A stretch of 25,778 bases of DNA, from IMG/VR virus record IMGVR_UViG_2563367003_000006; one strand, 5' to 3'. This DNA is from a virus (lineage: Duplodnaviria > Heunggongvirae > Uroviricota > Caudoviricetes). The position numbers and the translations under genes were made by a program. This document shows, one piece after another, positions 17,759-24,497 of this stretch. Position 1 is the stretch's first letter. Each line of letters begins with the position of its first letter. The notes under the pieces are model-generated. The model was not told the DNA's origin, made no database searches, and was given only the letters and a program-made list of their open reading frames with translations.

Positions 17759-18724
17759 TTATCCTCTGAAACCAGGCGGAATTTCTGTATCCGGTTCAGA
17801 AATATGATTAACACAACGCTGTACAGGTGAACGTCCCAGGCGGATGACCAGTTCGTCCCATTTTTCGCGGAGCTTTGACGGGCTCATGATGTTTTTTACC
17901 CAGAATGGATCTCGCTGAACCCGACCAAACATTTCGCAAATTTGTCTGTGGCTTCTGCCATCCAGCATCCGCATTGTGCGCACGTCATTGGCCCAGGCAG
18001 TCCAGTTAGGCTCTTTTGGTCGCATGATCTCGCCATCATCACTGGCTGCCTGTTCGTAGAGACCCACGATCCGCCCCCAGATCCACTGCGCACACGCCAA
18101 ATCCTCCCTGCTACCCCACTGGCGTTTTTTCGCACTAAACACAACCGCGTCGGAGTTCCGGGTTAAAAAATCCTGTTCAGTCGTCTGCGGGTCCGGTTGC
18201 GAAGCTTCCGGACGAAAAGTGTTTTTATTCTCTGTAGTAATCTCTGTTGTATTCTCTGTAAGATCATCAGGCCATTTTGACCCGATGACATTGGGTCGTT
18301 TTGAACCAATGGAGCGTTTCATTTTGACCTCTTCCATCGTGTCATTTTGACCTGATGGAGCGGCGCATTTTGAACCGATGGATTCGCTCAATTTGCCACC
18401 ATCTAAAAGCTCGCTCCCATAGTTGATCGTGTAGAAATTGGTCATATCGCGCTTTGATTTATTGAGCTTTTCACAACGCAAAAGCCCCAGCGTTTTCAGA
18501 CTTGCAAACGCGCGCTTTAACGTTGACTCTGACCAGAATGGGAACTGTTCCAGCCATTGTTCCGTTGTGTTATAAATCCAGCGAACACCATCACATTCCA
18601 TGCCGGAGTTGGTATCTCTCAACCAGTAGTGCAGTTGTTGCAAAACAATGGCTTCGTTTAAGCCAATTTTCATTGCCAGCTGCGTGTTTATAACCAGTGG
18701 GCGTTCAGCAAAAAGAAGGCTCAT
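17759..18724 (-). CDS. Replication initiator (lambda O-like) with origin iterons inside the coding sequence
   Basis: ORF 17759-18778 (track start is TTG); first ATG at 18724. Central part encodes repeated SIGSK peptide units from the DNA iterons, as in lambda O. Confidence 0.65.
   Translation of the reverse strand: MSLLFAERPLVINTQLAMKIGLNEAIVLQQLHYWLRDTNSGMECDGVRWIYNTTEQWLEQFPFWSESTLKRAFASLKTLGLLRCEKLNKSKRDMTNFYTINYGSELLDGGKLSESIGSKCAAPSGQNDTMEEVKMKRSIGSKRPNVIGSKWPDDLTENTTEITTENKNTFRPEASQPDPQTTEQDFLTRNSDAVVFSAKKRQWGSREDLACAQWIWGRIVGLYEQAASDDGEIMRPKEPNWTAWANDVRTMRMLDGRSHRQICEMFGRVQRDPFWVKNIMSPSKLREKWDELVIRLGRSPVQRCVNHISEPDTEIPPGFRG
18273..18411. repeat. Replication-origin iterons: six tandem repeats with 23-bp period, flanked by an AT-rich stretch (18215-18265)
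   Basis: cattttgacccgatga / ttttgaaccaatgga / cattttgacctcttcc / cattttgacctgatgga / cattttgaaccgatgga / caatttgccaccatct, starting about every 23 bp. Confidence 0.65.
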
Positions 18725-19226
18725 AATTCCATCCAGCTTTTTGTTGGTATTGCTGTCGATACGCAAGTTTGAAAGCAATTGCTTTTTCTATAAGTTCGTC
18801 AGTTTCACGATCCACTACGGCAGGATCAGCAAAAAGCAGTCCGGACTCCACCACATCGCCATATTCTTTGTTTAACCCGGCGATCATGCACGTGATGCTT
18901 TTTCCGTCAGTAATTTCACGATACAACCTGAAATCATTAATCCGGATAGCCTCCATAATTGCAGGCACTAGCGCCGTGAACTTTTCACGCTTATCCCTGG
19001 TGTCGATAGCCTTCCAGCGTTCAAATATCTTCACTCGATTAACGCCAAGCGCTCGCTGATCAATCGCGCCACCTTCATATGTGACACGCTGAACATCGAT
19101 GTTCGGGCGCTCTTTCAAAGCCCAGAATGCTTCAGTGATTAATATCGTCGCCTGCTCCTGTGTCATTCCTGGTCGACATATCCAGGCATCCAGAGCCTCA
19201 CGAGCCTGTTCAGGAGTGATTTTCAT
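18705..19226 (-). CDS. Hypothetical early protein, 173 aa (occupies the cII position)
   Basis: ORF between the Cro-like gene and the replication gene, overlapping both ends by 17-20 nt. No family recognised. Confidence 0.5.
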   Translation of the reverse strand: MKITPEQAREALDAWICRPGMTQEQATILITEAFWALKERPNIDVQRVTYEGGAIDQRALGVNRVKIFERWKAIDTRDKREKFTALVPAIMEAIRINDFRLYREITDGKSITCMIAGLNKEYGDVVESGLLFADPAVVDRETDELIEKAIAFKLAYRQQYQQKAGWNYEPSFC

Positions 19227-19440
19227 TGTTCAACCGCCCCGCCCGCTTCGTCTTACGATATTCATCATAAACTTTGGGATCATACTGAAGCTCCCCGCCA
19301 GATGCCTCCTGTAGACGCATCGCGCGACCTTCGGGAACTAAATCCCCTTTCCAGCTATAAAGCGAAGCCAAACGAATACCTGCTGCTTGTGCAAGTTTTG
19401 TTTTTGAACCGAAATACAAAAGAGCGTCAGTTTTAAGCAT
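19210..19440 (-). CDS. dicC: DicC, Cro-like regulator
   Basis: 76-aa ORF divergent from dicA; helix-turn-helix-like ...KTKLAQAAGIRLASLYSW...; length and position as Qin DicC. Confidence 0.8.
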   Translation of the reverse strand: MLKTDALLYFGSKTKLAQAAGIRLASLYSWKGDLVPEGRAMRLQEASGGELQYDPKVYDEYRKTKRAGRLNNENHS

Positions 19441-19523
19441 TTAAAACACCTTTATTGTTAGCCATAACTAACAAGATAGATGTTAACAAAAACATAGTCA
19501 ATACGATTTAGCATTAGCTAACT
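19441..19523. promoter_or_regulatory. Divergent dicC/dicA promoter region with operator palindromes
   Basis: TGTTAGCCATAACTAACA (19456-19473), TGTTAACA (19481-19488), TTAGCTAA (19514-19521) in 83 bp between two divergent helix-turn-helix regulator genes. Confidence 0.55.
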
Positions 19524-19931
19524 ATGGAAACAAAAAATTTAACTATCGGCGAACGCATCAGGTATCGTCGGAAAAACCTCAAACACACCCAAAGGTCTCT
19601 TGCTAAAGCCCTGAAAATCTCCCATGTGTCTGTATCACAATGGGAACGGGGTGATAGTGAACCTACAGGGAAGAACCTTTTTGCCCTCAGCAAAGTATTG
19701 CAATGCTCACCAACATGGATTCTATTTGGCGATGAAGACAAGCAACCAACACCACCTGTTGAGAAGCCAGTTGCCTTATCCCCCAAAGAACTAGAGCTCC
19801 TTGAGCTGTTTAATGCACTGCCAGAATCAGAACAGGATACCCAGCTCGCCGAAATGCGAGCTCGAGTAAAAAACTTCAATAAACTCTTTGAAGAATTACT
19901 AAAAGCCCGTCAGCGGACAAATAAAAGATAA
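19524..19931 (+). CDS. dicA: DicA, cI-like helix-turn-helix repressor
   Basis: 135 aa; helix-turn-helix ...TQRSLAKALKISHVSVSQWERG...; divergent from dicC and followed by the dicB operon. Confidence 0.85.
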   Translation: METKNLTIGERIRYRRKNLKHTQRSLAKALKISHVSVSQWERGDSEPTGKNLFALSKVLQCSPTWILFGDEDKQPTPPVEKPVALSPKELELLELFNALPESEQDTQLAEMRARVKNFNKLFEELLKARQRTNKR

Positions 19932-19966
19932 CATCATCAATGAGTTATCTTTTACCACATCAATTA

Positions 19967-20020
19967 TGTTAGCTATAGCATACAAAATCACTTGACCGAT
20001 ATGTTAGTCATGGCTAATCT
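19967..20020 (+). promoter_or_regulatory. PL-like promoter of the ydfABC-dicF-dicB operon with operator-like sites
   Basis: TTGACC (19992-19997), 17 nt, TAATCT (20015-20020); TGTTAGTCATGGCTAA (20002-20017) over the spacer and -10; degenerate TGTTAGCTATAGCATA at 19967-19982. Confidence 0.5.
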
Positions 20021-20097
20021 TGTTTGCATCAACACACCGCACGGTGTTCTCAGCAAACAGTTCCGCTACCCCAGCGTTAAGGGGAAATGAGGTCAGC

Positions 20098-20253
20098 ATG
20101 GATACTATCGATCTTGGCAACAACGAATCTCTGGTGTACGGCGTGTTTCCAAACCAGGACGGCACGTTCACCGCAATGACGTATACCAAAAGCAAAACGT
20201 TTAAAACCGAAAATGGTGCCCGTCGCTGGCTGGAAAGAAACTCAGGTGAGTGA
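20098..20253 (+). CDS. ydfA: YdfA-like small protein
   Basis: 51 aa from the ATG at 20098 (gaggt upstream): MDTIDLGNNESLVYGVFPNQDGTF... Confidence 0.7.
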   Translation: MDTIDLGNNESLVYGVFPNQDGTFTAMTYTKSKTFKTENGARRWLERNSGE

Positions 20254-20254
20254 T

Positions 20255-20383
20255 ATGGATTTCGACACAATCATGGAAAAGGCTTACGAAGAATACTTCG
20301 AAGGCCTTGCCGAAGGCGAAGAAGCTCCCAGCTTCAGTGAGTTTAAACAGGCGCTTTCCAGTTCGGCAAAATCTAACGGCTGA
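20255..20383 (+). CDS. ydfB: YdfB-like small protein
   Basis: Found by hand, 42 aa: MDFDTIMEKAYEEYFEGLAEGEEAPSFSEFKQALSSSAKSNG; starts 2 nt after the ydfA stop. Confidence 0.65.
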   Translation: MDFDTIMEKAYEEYFEGLAEGEEAPSFSEFKQALSSSAKSNG

Positions 20384-20412
20384 TAAGCGAAACAGCACCG
20401 CGAGGAATCAGT

Positions 20413-20631
20413 ATGCAGAAACGAGAACCCGTCATCATCGCGCCAGACTATACCGATGATGAACTTTATGAGTGGATGCGCCAGAAAATTAATGCAGCGC
20501 AGGATCTGAAATGGGCTAATGAAGCCAGGGCTAAGCAGGCTGAAAATCTGTCCGCTCTGGAGCAGGATATCACCAATCTGGAAAAAGCAGCGGCATTAAG
20601 CATTGCCAGAATGATTACATACCCGCGTTAG
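20413..20631 (+). CDS. ydfC: YdfC-like protein
   Basis: 72-aa ORF in the operon position of ydfC. Confidence 0.7.
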   Translation: MQKREPVIIAPDYTDDELYEWMRQKINAAQDLKWANEARAKQAENLSALEQDITNLEKAAALSIARMITYPR

Positions 20632-20971
20632 TAGCTAATCAACAAAGCTAAGGTTAGTAATTAAGGAGTTCTCCACGGGTGAGGTGGAGTGCGTGCGCCG
20701 GACACGGGTGCGCATCCGGAACTGACAGTTTACTGAAAGGATATTTCCCTGAAAAGTCAGACCATAACGCGAAAGCGCACGGCGAGGTAGCTGGTTCATA
20801 GATAGCCTGTCGTTAAATTTTCGTCGACCGTGCGCTTCCGGTTGTGGCAACCCGCGAAATGGCGCGGCGGTAAGTATGGCGGGGTTATTCCTTCCCCGTT
20901 GAGGACACCGGGTTGTCAGGTTGACCATACGCTTAAGTGACAACCCCGCTGCAACGCCCTCTGTTATCAAT

Positions 20972-21024
20972 TTTCTGGTGACGTTTGGCGGTATCAGTTT
21001 TACTCCGTGACTGCTCTGCCGCCC
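20972..21024 (+). ncRNA. dicF: DicF small RNA (cell-division inhibitor, antisense to ftsZ mRNA)
   Basis: tttctggtgacgtttggcggtatcagttttactccgtgactgctctgccgccc followed by ttttt matches DicF as I recall it, with its intrinsic terminator. Ends are approximate because the RNA is produced by processing. Confidence 0.8.
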
Positions 21025-21198
21025 TTTTTAAAGTGAATTTTGTGATGTGGTGAATGCGGCTGAGCGCACGCGGAACAGTTAAAACCAAAAACAGTGTTAT
21101 GGGTGGATTCTCTGTATCCGGCGTTAATTGTTAACTGGTTAACGTCACCTGGAGGCACCAGGCACTGCATCACAAAATTCATTGTTGAGGACGCGATA

Positions 21199-21387
21199 AT
21201 GAAAACGTTATTACCAAACGTTAATACGTCTGAAGGTTGTTTTGAAATTGGTGTCACTATCAGTAACCCAGTATTTACTGAAGATGCCATTAACAAGAGA
21301 AAACAAGAACGGGAGCTATTAAATAAAATATGCATTGTTTCAATGCTGGCTCGTTTACGTCTGATGCCAAAAGGATGTGCACAATGA
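21199..21387 (+). CDS. dicB: DicB cell-division inhibitor
   Basis: 62 aa from the ATG at 21199: MKTLLPNVNTSEGCFEIGVTISNPVF...; downstream of dicF. Confidence 0.85.
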   Translation: MKTLLPNVNTSEGCFEIGVTISNPVFTEDAINKRKQERELLNKICIVSMLARLRLMPKGCAQ

Positions 21388-21575
21388 ATTCAGCATTTGT
21401 GCTTGTTCTGACAGTTTTTCTTGTTTCCGGAGAGCCAGTTGATATTGCAGTCAGTGTTCACAGGACAATGCAGGAGTGTATGACTGCAGCAACCGAACAG
21501 AAAATTCCCGGTAACTGTTACCCGGTCGATAAAGTTATTCACCAGGATAATATCGAAATCCCGGCAGGTCTTTAA
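21384..21575 (+). CDS. ydfD: YdfD-like small membrane protein
   Basis: 63 aa; ATG overlaps the dicB stop (ATGA); hydrophobic N-terminus MNSAFVLVLTVFLVSG. Confidence 0.75.
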   Translation: MNSAFVLVLTVFLVSGEPVDIAVSVHRTMQECMTAATEQKIPGNCYPVDKVIHQDNIEIPAGL

Positions 21576-21667
21576 AACAGTTCCGTAATAAATATCCGGT
21601 TTCATTCTTATATGCCAGCAATGGCAGGGATTTGTTCATCCTTAAATCTGTCATGAGGTTAAAACAA

Positions 21668-24139
21668 ATGAGTAAAGTCTTTATTTGCGCCGCTATTCCT
21701 GACGAACTGGCAACAAGGGAAGAAGGCGCTGTGGCTGTAGCCACAGCCATTGAAGCTGGCGACGAACGCCGTGCTCGAGCAAAATTTCACTGGCAATTCC
21801 TGGAACATTATCCGGCTGCTCAGGACTGCGCTTATAAATTTATTGTCTGCGAGGATAAACCTGGCATACCCCGCCCTGCCCTCGATTCATGGGATGCTGA
21901 ATATATGCAGGAAAACCGCTGGGATGAGGAGTCTGCTTCTTTTGTCCCGGTTGAGACTGAATCCGATCCGATGAACGTCACTTTTGACAAGCTGGCCCCT
22001 GAAGTACAGAACGCTGTCATGGTTAAGTTCGACACATGTGAAAACATCACCGTTGATATGGTTATTAGCGCACAGGAATTGTTGCAGGAAGACATGGCAA
22101 CATTCGACGGACATATCGTTGAAGCGTTGATGAAAATGCCAGAAGTTAACGCCATGTATCCGGAGCTTAAGTTGCACGCCATTGGGTGGGTTAAGCATAA
22201 ATGTATTCCTGGTGCTAAATGGCCCGAAATTCAGGCAGAGATGCGCATCTGGAAAAAACGTCGCGAAGGTGAACGCAAGGAAACCGGAAAATACACGTCT
22301 GTTGTTGATCTCGCCCGCGCCAGAGCCAATCAACAGTACACTGAAAATTCAACAGGAAAAATCAGCCCGGTCATTGCTGCCATTCATCGCGAATACAAGC
22401 AGACATGGAAAACACTGGATGACGAACTGGCCTACGCTCTCTGGCCTAGTGATGTGGATGCCGGAAACATTGACGGCAGCATCCATCGCTGGGCAAAAAA
22501 AGAAGTTATCGACAACGACCGCGAAGACTGGAAGCGTATCTCGGCATCAATGCGCAAACAGCCTGATGCCCTTCGCTACGACCGCCAAACTATTTTTGGC
22601 CTTGTCCGTGAGCGTCCGATCGACATTCACAAAGATCCCGTAGCACTGAACAAATATATCTGCGAATACCTGACGACAAAGGGCGTGTTTGAGAATGAAG
22701 AAACAGACCTGGGCACTGTTGATGTTCTCCAGTCATCAGAAACACAAACTGATGCAGTGGAAACTGAGGTATCTGATATCCCAAAAAATGAAACCGCGCC
22801 GGAAGCTGAACCATCTGTAGAGCGTGAGGGGCCGTTCTATTTCCTCTTCGCAGATAAGGACGGAGAAAAATACGGTCGCGCAAACAAACTCTCTGGTCTG
22901 GATAAGGCACTGGCTGCTGGCGCCACTGAAATCACAAAAGAAGAATATTTTGCCCGAAAAAATGGCACATACACGGGCTTACCGCAAAATGTAGATACCG
23001 CTGAAGATTCAGAACAACCAGAGCCGATAAAAGTTACCGCTGACGAAGTAAACAAAATTATGCAGGCAGCCAATATCAGCCAGCCTGACGCCGATAAGTT
23101 GCTTGCTGCATCACGTGGTGAATTTGTTGAAGGGATTAGTGACCCGAATGATCCGAAATGGGTTAAGGGGCTCCAGACCCGCGATTCTGTGAACCAGAAC
23201 CAGCATGAATCGGAACGGAACTACCAAAAAGCGGAACAAAACAGTCCAAATGCGTTACAAAACGAGCCAGAAACGAAACAGCCTGAACCAGTAGCGCAAC
23301 AGGAAGTGGAAAAAGTCTGCACCGCCTGCGGTCAGACCGGCGGCGGCAACTGCCCTGATTGTGGCGCGGTGATGGGCGACGCAACATACCAAGAAACATT
23401 CGATGAAGAGTATCAGGTTGAAGTTCAGGAAGATGATCCGGAGGAAATGGAAGGCGCTGAACATCCACACAAGGAGAACACTGGCGGCAATCAGCATCAC
23501 AATAGCGATAATGAAACTGGCGAGACGGCAGATCACCCAATTAAGGTGAACGGTCATCACGAAATCACATCCACCAGCAGGACGTGTGACCATCTAATGA
23601 TCGACCTTGAAACCATGGGAAAAAATCCTGATGCCCCGATCATCTCAATAGGTGCAATATTTTTCGATCCGCAAACCGGAGATATGGGACCGGAATTTAG
23701 TAAGACTATCGATCTGGAAACTGCTGGCGGAGTCATTGATCGGGACACCATTAAATGGTGGCTTAAGCAATCACGCGAAGCGCAATCTGCCATTATGACC
23801 GATGAAATCCCGTTAGATGATGCACTGTTACAATTGCGAGAATTTATCGACGAAAACTCCGGTGAATTTTTTGTTCAGGTTTGGGGAAATGGAGCCAACT
23901 TCGACAACACGATTTTGCGCCGTTCATACGAACGGCAGGGGATCCCCTGCCCGTGGCGTTACTACAACGATCGCGATGTACGCACAATCGTTGAGCTGGG
24001 GAAAGCCATAGACTTCGATGCCAGAACGGCTATTCCATTCGAAGGTGAGCGCCATAATGCACTTGATGACGCCCGTTACCAGGCAAAATACGTTTCAGTT
24101 ATCTGGCAAAAACTGATCCCGAGTCAGGCTGATTCTTAA
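21668..24139 (+). CDS. Large exonuclease: unknown N-terminal region, acidic linker with CxxC...CxxC zinc ribbon, C-terminal DnaQ-like DEDDh 3'-5' exonuclease domain
   Basis: ORF 21632-24139; preferred start ATG 21668 (gaggt upstream). Exo I MIDLET (D658, E660 in track numbering), Exo II VWGNGANFDNTIL (D758), Exo III HNALDDARY (H808, D813). Zinc ribbon CTACGQTGGGNCPDCG at 23320-23366. Confidence 0.8.
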   Translation: MSKVFICAAIPDELATREEGAVAVATAIEAGDERRARAKFHWQFLEHYPAAQDCAYKFIVCEDKPGIPRPALDSWDAEYMQENRWDEESASFVPVETESDPMNVTFDKLAPEVQNAVMVKFDTCENITVDMVISAQELLQEDMATFDGHIVEALMKMPEVNAMYPELKLHAIGWVKHKCIPGAKWPEIQAEMRIWKKRREGERKETGKYTSVVDLARARANQQYTENSTGKISPVIAAIHREYKQTWKTLDDELAYALWPSDVDAGNIDGSIHRWAKKEVIDNDREDWKRISASMRKQPDALRYDRQTIFGLVRERPIDIHKDPVALNKYICEYLTTKGVFENEETDLGTVDVLQSSETQTDAVETEVSDIPKNETAPEAEPSVEREGPFYFLFADKDGEKYGRANKLSGLDKALAAGATEITKEEYFARKNGTYTGLPQNVDTAEDSEQPEPIKVTADEVNKIMQAANISQPDADKLLAASRGEFVEGISDPNDPKWVKGLQTRDSVNQNQHESERNYQKAEQNSPNALQNEPETKQPEPVAQQEVEKVCTACGQTGGGNCPDCGAVMGDATYQETFDEEYQVEVQEDDPEEMEGAEHPHKENTGGNQHHNSDNETGETADHPIKVNGHHEITSTSRTCDHLMIDLETMGKNPDAPIISIGAIFFDPQTGDMGPEFSKTIDLETAGGVIDRDTIKWWLKQSREAQSAIMTDEIPLDDALLQLREFIDENSGEFFVQVWGNGANFDNTILRRSYERQGIPCPWRYYNDRDVRTIVELGKAIDFDARTAIPFEGERHNALDDARYQAKYVSVIWQKLIPSQADS

Positions 24140-24211
24140 TGTTCAACTGTCGCCGGTTGTGACTGGTATTCTGCAACCGGCGCTCGTCTGATGTAAGAGA
24201 TAAAGAAATCG

Positions 24212-24463
24212 ATGAGCGAAGTAATCATGATTGTCTCTCCCGGCAAATGGGTATCCGAAGAGCAGTTAATTGCGCTGAAAGGAATAAAAAAAGGTACGTT
24301 AAAAAAGGCCCGGGAAAAATCGTTTATGGAAGGAAGGGAATATAAGCATGTCGCTCATGACGGTATGCCATGGGATAACAGTCCATGCTTTTACAACCTG
24401 GAAGAAATTGATCGCTGGATTGAGCGCCAGGCATCAGCGAGACCAAGACGTCATCTTACTTGA
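24212..24463 (+). CDS. Excisionase-like small DNA-binding protein
   Basis: 83-aa ORF immediately upstream of the integrase; product inferred from position and size. Confidence 0.5.
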   Translation: MSEVIMIVSPGKWVSEEQLIALKGIKKGTLKKAREKSFMEGREYKHVAHDGMPWDNSPCFYNLEEIDRWIERQASARPRRHLT

Positions 24464-24497
24464 CTAAAAACCACACTAACTAATGAGAGAAGTTGAA

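Noticed and set aside
18273-18411. Tandem repeats that could be mistaken for a CRISPR array
   Set aside because: Contiguous 23-bp-period repeats without unique spacers, inside a coding sequence and next to an AT-rich segment; they are replication iterons.
20635-20970. 111-aa minus-strand ORF between ydfC and dicF
   Set aside because: Antisense to the operon transcript in the DicF leader; Arg/Pro-rich translation typical of GC-rich non-coding sequence; no ribosome-binding site.
21750-23793. Several 60-150-aa ORFs on both strands inside the large exonuclease gene
   Set aside because: All overlap a single continuous 835-codon frame with recognisable domains; no independent start signals seen.
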